A model generated the notes under the pieces. The model was not told the origin of the DNA and made no database searches. It saw nothing but the letters and a program-made list of their open reading frames with translations. Positions 8,717-17,185 of a stretch of 64,000 nucleotides of DNA are shown one piece after another. Made by a program: the position numbers and the translations under genes. Numbering within the stretch: position 1 is the stretch's first letter; every line of letters begins with the position of its first letter. Source of the stretch: Oscillospiraceae bacterium. Lineage in GTDB: Bacteria; Bacillota; Clostridia; Oscillospirales; CAG-272. The stretch lies in assembly GCA_015064095.1 (NCBI GenBank), contig SVSW01000001.1:64709-128708 (forward strand). Direction: 5' to 3'.

Positions 8717-8944
8717 TTAATCCTTCTTGTAGCCTATAACTTTGCCCTTTGAAGGATCAAAAGTAAGATTGCATATAGATGCTACCAATCCATAAATTCC
8801 AAACATAACAATCGGGAGGAAAAAATATGCGAGAGTTCTTGAAGTATATCCCTCGGGTTTCAACTCGGAATAGTTGATAATGATGCTTCCTATCCAGCTA
8901 AGAAAAAATGTGAGCAGGAAACGAATGAGGTTCTTGTTTTCCAT
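8717..8944 (-). CDS. small two-TM membrane protein, function unknown
   Basis: ORF 8717..9049 is trimmed to MENKNLIRFLLTFFLSWIGSII (ATG 8942-8944), which has an AAGGAG RBS. It has two hydrophobic segments and lies in a visibly AT-rich stretch. A hairpin with a T-run at about 8622-8656 lies downstream on the minus strand. Confidence 0.55.
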   Translation of the reverse strand: MENKNLIRFLLTFFLSWIGSIIINYSELKPEGYTSRTLAYFFLPIVMFGIYGLVASICNLTFDPSKGKVIGYKKD

Positions 8945-9399
8945 TTTGATAAGCTCCTTTTCTGATGTTGATAAAAACAAAAAGTGCGGCAACCGGAGTT
9001 GCCGCACCGAAAAACGCCAACTCCAATTGTCGCCAAACAATCCCATCATAGCATAGGTTCTCTACACAATCAAGCAGGAGCAGCATTTTTACCAAAACGA
9101 GTTTGCTTAATTGTATAGCGAAAAAAGCTATAGTTACCCCATAACGGGAAAAAGACCTATAACTATGAATATTAAGATTGTTTGGAAAAACTATTGTGTC
9201 ACAATTTTTGCGGTTTGTAAATATATTTGGTGGATTTTACAAATCACCCTCCAGGAGGTAGAAAAAGCCTCCCTTTACACAAGGGAGACTTTTTATTCTT
9301 CTCCTATGGCTTATCAATTTTCCTGGCAAGCACTGCATTTGTGGGCGCAAACGCAAAAGCACGGCATACCTCTTTTGAGATATGCCGTGGTTTTTTATC

Positions 9400-11676
9400 T
9401 TAGAATAATTCTCCAGCTGAGCGCAAGGTATCTGCGGCGTGAGATATCACGCTTCGAAGATCGCCTTGTGGCTCGGCTTTCATCTCCGAAAGCGGAGTTG
9501 CATAAAATTCATCGAGCAGCTCTTTATATTCTGCTTCGTGCTTCTCTCCCGTGATGATCTCCGAGAACGCAAGCTCGCACTCTTTTATGTAAAGATATTT
9601 CGTCGGCTCATATGCGTACTGGCGGCAATAATAATTAAGCGAGTTCTTTTTAAGCGTATACTCAAAATTCTTATTGACCGGTGCCTCTTTTTTGAGCCTT
9701 TCAAGGCTTTCGTGCATAGAGAAATCGGGATTATACCCAAGCAGCTCCGCCATGTCGCGGATAAGCGGCATGAACGTGTCGCGCAGGGCTACGATCCTCT
9801 CTCTCTCTCCGTCCGCCTCATAGAGCTTTGCCTGCATCATCAGCCTTTGCATATAACGGCCGATCGCGGTGCGCGCAAGGTCTATCGCGTCGCGCAAAAT
9901 AAACGGATCATCGAAATAAGCCTTCGGCAATTTTGCGATCATGTCAAGCACCTCGATGCTGACGGGAACGACCTCTCGGTACTGCTCAAGCTTATATTTA
10001 AAGTGAGTGAGCTTTCCCTGATCCTTTTCGGCGAGGAAGCATTCATAATTGAACCACATTTTGCGATGAACGTCCATGTTGCGATTATATTTCTTCGCCT
10101 CGGGATCGGACGGATCGCGCTGCGAAATTCCGCCCCAGTCCTCGGATTTTATAAGCGGCAAAGCCTTTTGCCAGATCTCGTTCATCTTTTCGGCGCGGTC
10201 GCCGTAACGGCGCTCGCAAAAACGCTTTGCGATCTGCTCTACGGTCATCTTAAGCGGTTGCCATGAGTTTTCCGTGAGATATTCGAGTATCAAAGGATCG
10301 CTGTGCGAAAGCTCGGGCCAAAATATCATTCCCTGACACATCGGGTCGGCTGCGGCTACGCGCAAGCGCTCGTCGTTTCGGTCGTACTGACCTTTAAGCG
10401 AGCTTTCGGGCTCATACGCATGGAAAAGTCCGAATATCCACGGGAATTTACCGATAGTTCCCCAATTGAGGAAGCTCTGGTCGGGGTCATCGATATCCGA
10501 GGTGTAATCAAGCAGCATCGTGCGCTCGGGATCAAGCTCTCCAAGCAGTGCTCGGACCTCCTCGGACTTCCACCAGCCGATAAAGTCCCAAGAGGCTATC
10601 ATCAGCTTTGAATTCGGATATTTTTCGCGCAAGGATTGCGCGATGCGCCTATATGCAAAAAGCTTTAAGCGCATATTTGAATCGCGGTCGGGGAGCATGA
10701 AGCGCTCTGCCATTCCGATCGTGTGGAAAATCGATGCATTCGGGTTATATTCATTGACATAGCCTTCGGTCAGCTTCATGTAGATTTCCATCTGACCGTC
10801 GTCGCGGATATCGAAGATCTGCGTTTCGGGCTTTAAATATTTGCGGTCGCTCTGATCCATAAACTTGACCTTATCGAAAAACTCGGTCGGAGTGGGGCTG
10901 TACCAGTGCGACATCGTGCCGCAATCCTCGGGGTGCATAAGATCATATTCGAACGCGTATTCGAGCAGCTTCTTTCTCAGCTCACCGCGATACTGAAGGC
11001 TCCAAAAGATCGTTCTGTCGTTGTAGCCTATCCTGTTGTAATTTTCTTGGTCCTGATCGGGATACGGTACGTCGTCGGGGAAAACTCTCTGCCAAAGATC
11101 GTCCATACCAATTCGGAGCATGAAGAAATTGAGGCGTTTTTTGACCATCCAATCGATCTCTGCTTTCCAGTCCTCAAAGCTCCAATGCTCTGCTTGAAAG
11201 CGGTGCAGTCCGCGGTGCGCAAAATAGCGCAGACCGCGATAGTTAAATCTCGGTATTTCGAGAATATCCGCACCGTCGGCATTTATCTCGTCCTTATGTC
11301 CGATCACATCGCCGTCCCAGAAATAGTGGCAATCGGCGAATCTCTCAAAGAAATCGTAAACGGCGTATACCGTGGAGCGTCCGCGTCCGCCGGCGAGAAT
11401 GACGACATTTCTGCCGCCCTCATTTATTGAGCGTATGCAATAATCGTCCGTTCCATAGCGGATACCGAAGTTTTTGATCTCGCCCGAGAGCATTCTATCA
11501 ACGAGCCAAGTGTTAACGGCATCGCTGCCGATCACGTAAAGGTCGGATACACCGTCGTCCTCATAAACGATGGGAAGCGTGACGCCCGTCACCTTAAAAT
11601 ACATATCGGCAAAAGCCTCGACGGCTCTTGCATATGCCTTTTCTCCTTTGTTCGGGGCAAGTATCAGCTTTTTCAT
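9400..11676 (-). CDS. GH89-like alpha-N-acetylglucosaminidase family protein, no signal peptide
   Basis: The 758-aa ORF aligns by eye with recalled human NAGLU blocks (SWDFIGWW.., LLDYTSD.., FPWIFGLFHAYE, WPELSHSDPLILEYL, FCERRYG). The ATG overlaps the upstream stop (ATGA). A hairpin terminator CACGGCATA/TATGCCGTG lies at about 9358-9397. Confidence 0.65.
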   Translation of the reverse strand: MKKLILAPNKGEKAYARAVEAFADMYFKVTGVTLPIVYEDDGVSDLYVIGSDAVNTWLVDRMLSGEIKNFGIRYGTDDYCIRSINEGGRNVVILAGGRGRSTVYAVYDFFERFADCHYFWDGDVIGHKDEINADGADILEIPRFNYRGLRYFAHRGLHRFQAEHWSFEDWKAEIDWMVKKRLNFFMLRIGMDDLWQRVFPDDVPYPDQDQENYNRIGYNDRTIFWSLQYRGELRKKLLEYAFEYDLMHPEDCGTMSHWYSPTPTEFFDKVKFMDQSDRKYLKPETQIFDIRDDGQMEIYMKLTEGYVNEYNPNASIFHTIGMAERFMLPDRDSNMRLKLFAYRRIAQSLREKYPNSKLMIASWDFIGWWKSEEVRALLGELDPERTMLLDYTSDIDDPDQSFLNWGTIGKFPWIFGLFHAYEPESSLKGQYDRNDERLRVAAADPMCQGMIFWPELSHSDPLILEYLTENSWQPLKMTVEQIAKRFCERRYGDRAEKMNEIWQKALPLIKSEDWGGISQRDPSDPEAKKYNRNMDVHRKMWFNYECFLAEKDQGKLTHFKYKLEQYREVVPVSIEVLDMIAKLPKAYFDDPFILRDAIDLARTAIGRYMQRLMMQAKLYEADGERERIVALRDTFMPLIRDMAELLGYNPDFSMHESLERLKKEAPVNKNFEYTLKKNSLNYYCRQYAYEPTKYLYIKECELAFSEIITGEKHEAEYKELLDEFYATPLSEMKAEPQGDLRSVISHAADTLRSAGELF

Positions 11677-12749
11677 AATTTTACAGCCTTGCCGGTGGCG
11701 ATGCTCTCATACACCGCGTTCATGGCAATGATCGTGTTTTTGTGCCAATCAAGATTGATCTTCGGCGCACGGCGAGTTCTTATATTCTCAACGAACTCGT
11801 CAACAAGACCTACCCACTCATCAAAATACGTGTACTGAACGATATATGCGTTGTCGGGTGAGCCGTTGTGATACGTATTGGGACCGAAGCAATCGACAAA
11901 CGTTGAGCCCTCGTCGCCGTGGATCACGATATTGACCTCCATACGCTTCGGTGCGACCTCCCAGCCGGGACCGGGCACCTTGAGTCTGTGCTCTGCGCGC
12001 GACCAGCTTGGGTCAAGCGAGAAAACAACTCCGTTTTTCATACGGCCGACAACTGCGAGCATATCTTCTTCCTCGATATCGTGGCGAATGTTCGGGGCGA
12101 CCTTTGCAAAGATCACGTCAAATTCGCTGTTCGTGACCTCGCGTATCATATCGAAAATGTGCGGGTGATCGCAAAGTGCGCCGCCGCGGAACTTTTCATG
12201 GCCTTCCTTGATCGGAACGCGGCGTCCGTAGCTCAGCTCCGGAACGCCCTGCCACGGGAACGCCCAAACGGGAGAAAGCGTGATGTTTGTTGCGTTAAAT
12301 GCGTCCATTTCGCCGAAGACCTTGTTTTCGATCAGCTCCTTCATGCGAATGACAACGGGATTATAGTGAAGCTCAAGCTCGATCTGAAGTACGATGCCGC
12401 TATCTCTCACTACCTTCTGCATCTCGGCATATTCGTCCATATCAAAGGTCGGGATCTTCATCGAAAGCACGTCGATACCGCGCTCGGCACAAAGCTTGAC
12501 CTGACGCAGATGCTCGCTGTTTTCGGAAGCAAGAACGACAGCCTCGATCTCGGGGTGTGCGTCGAGCATTTCTTCCTCGCTGTCATAGCAAGGGATTCCC
12601 TGAACGCTGTTAAGGAATATCTCCTTGACCTCGTCGTTCGCTGTCGCAACGGCGATCCATTCAAGCTTCGGGTTGTTTTTCAGAACGTCATAATATTTTC
12701 TGGTATGACCGTGAGTCATACTCATCATAGCTATTTTAATCTTTTCCAT
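11673..12749 (-). CDS. Gfo/Idh/MocA-family oxidoreductase (atypical dinucleotide motif)
   Basis: ORF 11673..12818 is trimmed to MEKIKIAMMSMTHGH (ATG 12747-12749), which has a GGAGG RBS and lies 1 nt after the upstream stop. The layout resembles Gfo/Idh/MocA, but the GxGxxG position reads MSMTHG. Confidence 0.6.
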   Translation of the reverse strand: MEKIKIAMMSMTHGHTRKYYDVLKNNPKLEWIAVATANDEVKEIFLNSVQGIPCYDSEEEMLDAHPEIEAVVLASENSEHLRQVKLCAERGIDVLSMKIPTFDMDEYAEMQKVVRDSGIVLQIELELHYNPVVIRMKELIENKVFGEMDAFNATNITLSPVWAFPWQGVPELSYGRRVPIKEGHEKFRGGALCDHPHIFDMIREVTNSEFDVIFAKVAPNIRHDIEEEDMLAVVGRMKNGVVFSLDPSWSRAEHRLKVPGPGWEVAPKRMEVNIVIHGDEGSTFVDCFGPNTYHNGSPDNAYIVQYTYFDEWVGLVDEFVENIRTRRAPKINLDWHKNTIIAMNAVYESIATGKAVKL

Positions 12750-12750
12750 A

Positions 12751-13443
12751 TTAGCCTCCGAGCTTAATGTTTTCAAGCGTTTCAATAGATTTCTTTGCGC
12801 ACAGAACGAGCTCGTCAAGATGCGCGGCCACGTCTTTGTTGTGTTTTTTCAACTCTGCACTCTTTGCCACGGCGAATGCGTTGCGGATAACGGAAACGTC
12901 GCCCTCGGAAAGTCCGTAAAGCTCAGAGTCAACGTCCGTGTAGCTTTTGTTTTCCTTGCCGTAAACGTATATCGAGCTTTGAGGCACTTGCGTGTCAACC
13001 ACTCTGTCGCAGGCGATACCGTTATCGGTTATGATCTCGTGCTTATCGATGTCGCCGCAGCCTTCTTCAAGCGTGCAGGCAAGCTCAAGCGTGCAAACGC
13101 AGCCCTTATCGGTTTCGGCGATCGCATTGAGAGTGTTTTTGCCGGCGATAGCAAAGATCTCTGTAACCTTTGAGTCGGTCGTGTATTCAAGCACGCCGAG
13201 CTCGCGCCAAAGCAGTGCGAAAATATCCTCGCCGCGCTTTGCGGTGTGACCTATACGGTAGGTCGAAAGATTGCCGACGCGGCGATTGAGCACGAGCTGA
13301 CGCAGCTCGAAAAATCTTCTTTCGCTCTCGAACGGCAAAAGAGGAATAATATCGCCACCGATCTTAACTCCGCATTTTCCGACGAGCTCGGCATTCTCGT
13401 CGACGGAATACTTTTTAAGCAGTAAATCAAGTTTTCCTTGCAT
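12751..13443 (-). CDS. hypothetical protein resembling only the C-terminal domain of Gfo/Idh/MocA oxidoreductases
   Basis: ORF 12751..13458. The likely start is MQGKLDLL (ATG 13441-13443), which has a GGAGG RBS. There is no Rossmann segment. The stretch ELRQLVLNRRVGNLSTYRI resembles the start of the family's C-terminal domain. Confidence 0.45.
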   Translation of the reverse strand: MQGKLDLLLKKYSVDENAELVGKCGVKIGGDIIPLLPFESERRFFELRQLVLNRRVGNLSTYRIGHTAKRGEDIFALLWRELGVLEYTTDSKVTEIFAIAGKNTLNAIAETDKGCVCTLELACTLEEGCGDIDKHEIITDNGIACDRVVDTQVPQSSIYVYGKENKSYTDVDSELYGLSEGDVSVIRNAFAVAKSAELKKHNKDVAAHLDELVLCAKKSIETLENIKLGG

Positions 13444-13454
13444 AATATCCTCCA

Positions 13455-14213
13455 TCAAAGCATTTTAACTCTGCCCATGTATTTTTCAAGGTATGCGGCG
13501 TTCTTTTCGTCGCCGCCCGGGGTGTTCGCGCTCGACCAGCAAGGAGCTTTTATGCCGCGGCGCTGACATTCCTTAACGCACTCGATCTCAAGCATATGCG
13601 CGATATAGAAATCGACGATATTCGACACGGGAGCGATCGGGGTGTCAAAGCCCTCGACCGTTACTACCGCATCGCCGACGGGGTTGTAGTCATCGATGCA
13701 AACGTCGGCATAATCGAAAAGATTGGTCTTGTTCGGGTGACGGATAAAGTGATCTGCGGGCATTTCGTTCTGCCAATAGCTTGACGAAACGGCGATGATC
13801 TTAGCCCCTGCCTTCTTTGCTTCCATAACGGCGTCGATAGTTGCGGGGTTGATACCGATATTGTGGAACACGATAAGCAGATCGCCCTCTTTGAGCGCAT
13901 AGTATTTCATTATTGCCGAACCGTAATTGACGGTTCTTTCAAGCTCAAGATATTTGAGTGCCTGATTGAAAACGGTGAGACCTGTTTCAGCTATCGGGTT
14001 GATATTTGCAAGGCCTCCCGCGCGGAAAAACATCTCGCCCATGCAAAGCGTGGTGTGACCGCCGCCGCCGTAGACGTTGATGAGTCTGTCCTGCTCGATC
14101 GCGTCAGCCATGAGGCTTGCCGCCTTTTTTATGTTTTCATACTGCTCTGCATTTATCTTGTCAAGGTTCTCGACTATTGCGTTGTAATACGTCATATCCA
14201 TTTTAATCTCCAT
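13455..14213 (-). CDS. SIS (sugar isomerase/phosphosugar-binding) domain protein
   Basis: The 252-aa ORF has a SIS-like core (LINVYGGGGHTT ... GDLLIVFHNIGINP ... KIIAVSS). Confidence 0.65.
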   Translation of the reverse strand: MEIKMDMTYYNAIVENLDKINAEQYENIKKAASLMADAIEQDRLINVYGGGGHTTLCMGEMFFRAGGLANINPIAETGLTVFNQALKYLELERTVNYGSAIMKYYALKEGDLLIVFHNIGINPATIDAVMEAKKAGAKIIAVSSSYWQNEMPADHFIRHPNKTNLFDYADVCIDDYNPVGDAVVTVEGFDTPIAPVSNIVDFYIAHMLEIECVKECQRRGIKAPCWSSANTPGGDEKNAAYLEKYMGRVKML

Positions 14214-14256
14214 TCTCCGCTCGCGGCGGCAAAAAACAACACTGTTAAATTACGCG

Positions 14257-15291
14257 TTAATCCTTCTTTTCGAGTACGCGGTTATAATTTCTTCCAATGT
14301 TATCCCAAAGCTCAAGGGCATCTTTTGCGGCAACAACGGTTCCGTATCCGCCGCGGTACGTCCAGGTCGCAAGGCGGTCAACGCCGAGCTCCTCGTACAT
14401 ATCGACTACGCGGTCGATCTGCTCCCAATCATCGGGACGCTTGTTGTAGCCCATCAGCCAGCGCTCGCTCTCCTTGCCGTACTTCTTCGCCATGGCGACC
14501 GTTCTCTCGGTGATGTCGCGGAAGAAGCTCTCGGGAAGCGACCAGTTGATAATGGTGGTTGAGAAAACGTCGAAATACGGGCAAGCGGCGACCATGTCCC
14601 AGTTGTCATAGCCGCGAAGCTCCGTGACGTAGTATGTATTGAGCGTTGCGTGAACGCAGCAGGTGATCTCAAGGTTCGGATTGTACTCTTTGAGTGCCTT
14701 CGAGCAATCGGAAAGAGTTTTCAGCGCCTCTCTCCAGCGGAACTGCTTGACGTCGTCGTTCATGAACTTCGGCATCTCGTATCCGTAATATTCCTCAAAT
14801 TTTTTCATGCACTCGGGGCAGCGGCAAGCCCAGTCGTCACCCGCACCGCCCGTGATCGAGGCATAGGATTTCGGATATGCGTAATGGGGCTCGTCCCAGA
14901 AAAATCCGTCGATCTCTGTGTTCTTTGCGAGCTTCAAGCAAAGATTTGTGAAATAATCGCGGAACGAATTGGTGTTAAAGCAAGCGGCGTTGAGAACCTC
15001 ACCCGTGTACGCCGAGACCTGGCGGTGGTGGATATTGTTCTGCAAGAAAAGGCTGACCTGCTCTCCTCCGAAATATTTTCCGATACCCCACGTATCGGCA
15101 ATACAGCGCAGACCTACGCGGTGCGCGGTCTTGACTATCTCGTTGATGTTCGGAAACCAAAAGTCGATGTCAAATTCCGTGAGTGCGAGAAGAACGGTAT
15201 CGCAGCCGTGCTCCTTCATCTCAATAAAGTCTTTTTCAGCGTGCTCGACATAGTTCATGCCGTAGTAGCTGACCATTGTGTGCTTTGCCAT
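14257..15291 (-). CDS. putative TIM-barrel glycoside-hydrolase-like protein, function unknown
   Basis: This 344-aa ORF is the first gene of the operon. It has an alternating beta/alpha pattern and a candidate acid residue in FFWDEPHY. I do not recognise a confident family. Confidence 0.4.
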   Translation of the reverse strand: MAKHTMVSYYGMNYVEHAEKDFIEMKEHGCDTVLLALTEFDIDFWFPNINEIVKTAHRVGLRCIADTWGIGKYFGGEQVSLFLQNNIHHRQVSAYTGEVLNAACFNTNSFRDYFTNLCLKLAKNTEIDGFFWDEPHYAYPKSYASITGGAGDDWACRCPECMKKFEEYYGYEMPKFMNDDVKQFRWREALKTLSDCSKALKEYNPNLEITCCVHATLNTYYVTELRGYDNWDMVAACPYFDVFSTTIINWSLPESFFRDITERTVAMAKKYGKESERWLMGYNKRPDDWEQIDRVVDMYEELGVDRLATWTYRGGYGTVVAAKDALELWDNIGRNYNRVLEKKD

Positions 15292-15448
15292 ACTTGTTAC
15301 TCCTTTTCAGATATTAGTATTTACCTGTATTCTATCACAAAGAAAAACTCCCCACAACACAAAAACCGATATAAAAAGTTCACTTTTCGATACTTGACAA
15401 AACGCAGGATTTTTGCTAAAATCAAGAAAACGGCAAGGGGTGACGGAT

Positions 15449-16213
15449 ATGTTCTTTGATGAATTTGTTTCATTTTCCGATATATACACTGTTGTTGAGC
15501 TTGATTTTGAGCCAAAGGCATTGCGCGCAAAGGCTCGGCAGTTCGATGCGCTTTCGGTTCGCCTTTCGGGTGACGCAGACTTTGTTTTCGATAGCGGAGA
15601 GCGGCTTCACGCGGGAACGGGTGATATTATATTCGTGCCGAAGGACGTCGGATATTTCATAGATTCACATATAAACGAGCACGTAATATGTGTACATTTC
15701 GATATGCCGTCGAAGCTTGGTCCCGCAGTTTTCAAGCCGGAGGATAAAGAGGTGTTTTTCTCTCTTTTTATGAAGCTCTTTGACGTATGGTCCGCAAAAG
15801 CACCGGGATATATGTTTTCGGCGGCGGCGGTCATGAATAATATAATGAAAAATGCCGTTCGCCAAAATGCGCGGCAGAGTGAGCAGGCACACGGTGCGCA
15901 GCACGCGATATTTTTGCAGGCAAAAAAGCTCATTGAGGCGAATTACACTTCGCCCGAGCTCACAGTAAACGGAATTGCGCGCAAGTGCAATATAAGCGAT
16001 ATTTATCTTCGCAAAATATTTGATAAATTTCTTGCCATGTCGCCAAAGCAGTATATAGATAAGCTTAGGATCGAATACGCTACCGAGCTGCTCGGAACGG
16101 GATATTATTCCGTCACCGACGTCGCGGAAAAGTGCGGAATACCGAACACAAAGCATTTTTCAACATTTTATAAATCAAAAACCGGAATTACGCCGTCAAA
16201 GACGCTGAAATGA
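15449..16213 (+). CDS. AraC-family transcriptional regulator
   Basis: ORF 15413..16213 is trimmed to MFFDEFVSF (ATG 15449), which has an AAGGGG RBS. It has an N-terminal cupin-like sensor and a C-terminal AraC HTH (IARKCNISDIYLRKIFDKF ... VTDVAEKCGIPNTKHFSTFYK). It is divergent from the 15291..9400 operon. Confidence 0.8.
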   Translation: MFFDEFVSFSDIYTVVELDFEPKALRAKARQFDALSVRLSGDADFVFDSGERLHAGTGDIIFVPKDVGYFIDSHINEHVICVHFDMPSKLGPAVFKPEDKEVFFSLFMKLFDVWSAKAPGYMFSAAAVMNNIMKNAVRQNARQSEQAHGAQHAIFLQAKKLIEANYTSPELTVNGIARKCNISDIYLRKIFDKFLAMSPKQYIDKLRIEYATELLGTGYYSVTDVAEKCGIPNTKHFSTFYKSKTGITPSKTLK

Positions 16214-16377
16214 AAGAGCTTATAAGCGAAAAAAGAAAAAGCCTTGAAATTCATTAAGAATTTCAAGATCTGTGTAAGGGCGATAAAAAATATATTTTCA
16301 AGAGCTTTCGTATGGATTTTAAGCCATGTGTAAAATAAGTGCTTCGACCACTGGGAGAAAAGCTACATCAGCACCTT

Positions 16378-16462
16378 TTCACTATTCACTATTACTTATT
16401 ACTTGCCAAAAATCGACAAGAGATTTTAGTGAAAAGTGAAGGGTGAAGAGTGAAAAAGTAAA
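16378..16462. repeat. two opposed blocks of 7-bp tandem repeats
   Basis: The left block (16378-16405) reads TTCACTA TTCACTA TTACTTA TTACTTG. The right block (16428-16462) reads AGTGAAA AGTGAAG GGTGAAG AGTGAAA AAGTAAA, roughly the reverse complement of the left unit. Confidence 0.7.
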
Positions 16463-16495
16463 ATCGACAAGCTTCTGTCGAAACTTGTCGATTTT

Positions 16496-16584
16496 TGGCG
16501 GAGGCAGAGGGATTCGAACCCCCGTGGGGTTGCCCCCAAACGGTTTTCAAGACCGCCTCGTTATGACCGCTTCGATATGCCTCC
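16496..16584 (-). tRNA. tRNA-Ser (anticodon UGA), CCA encoded
   Basis: The minus strand reads GGAGGCATATCGAAGCGGTCATAACGAGGCGGTCTTGAAAACCGTTTGGGGGCAACCCCACGGGGGTTCGAATCCCTCTGCCTCCGCCA. It has a 7-bp acceptor stem, anticodon loop CUUGAAA, a long variable arm and a TPsiC GGTTCGAATCC. The hairpin ATCGACAAG..CTTGTCGAT plus a T-run (16460-16495) follows it. Confidence 0.9.
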
Positions 16585-16616
16585 GTATGCTATTAAGTTG
16601 TTTTTTCGCAACGAGT

Positions 16617-16645
16617 ATTTTAGCATATTATTATTTCCTTGTCAA
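16617..16645 (-). promoter_or_regulatory. candidate promoter of tRNA-Ser
   Basis: The minus strand reads TTGACA (16640-16645), a 17-nt spacer, then TAAAAT (16617-16622). Confidence 0.5.
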
Positions 16646-16820
16646 GTTAAATGCGAAAAAAACTCGTAATTTTCGAAGATTTGCCGTTAAAATCAATTTT
16701 TTTTCGAAATACTCTTGATTTTTTTCTTTCTTTATGTTAGAATACTCAAAGCACGACTATGTGGTGCCTTTTTGCTTGCACCACAAAATAACATATGATT
16801 ATTTTTCGGAGGAATAAAAA

Positions 16821-17072
16821 ATGGAACTCGCACTCGGTATTTCGCTGCTCGTTATGGCAGTATTTCTTATCGTAGCCGTGTTGCTTCAAACCGGAAAGGA
16901 TAAGAGCCTTTCGGGCTCTATCGGCGGCGGCGCCGAAACCTTCTTTTCCAAATCGAAGTCCGGTACGTGGGACAAGGTGCTTTCAAGAGCAACACTTGTT
17001 GTTTCCGTGCTCTTTGTTATCCTTGTCATTGTGATGTATATCGCGGTTGATTCGCTCTACAAAGTGGGTTAA
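16821..17072 (+). CDS. secG: preprotein translocase subunit SecG
   Basis: The 83-aa protein has two TM helices and a Gly-rich loop (LLQTGKDKSLSGSIGGGAETFF). The RBS is GGAGG. The terminator AACGCAGG/CCTGCGTT plus a T-run lies at 17076-17110. Confidence 0.8.
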   Translation: MELALGISLLVMAVFLIVAVLLQTGKDKSLSGSIGGGAETFFSKSKSGTWDKVLSRATLVVSVLFVILVIVMYIAVDSLYKVG

Positions 17073-17185
17073 AAGAAAAAACGCAGGTTCTCCTGCGTTT
17101 TTCTTTTTTAAATTATTGCAAAAAATATATCCATTCGGGCTTTTATGTGATATAATTAAGTTGTATTAAAATTCAGGAGCTTTTT

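Noticed and set aside
9111-9554. A 147-aa plus-strand ORF in the AT-rich intergenic region.
   Set aside because: It has no RBS. It runs through two hairpin terminators and into the antisense of the GH89-like gene. Its sequence is aromatic-rich and looks like translated AT-rich DNA.
16378-16495. The possibility that the short repeats next to tRNA-Ser are a CRISPR array.
   Set aside because: The units are only 7 bp and directly abutting, with no spacers of 25-40 bp. There are no cas genes in the window. This is not a CRISPR architecture.
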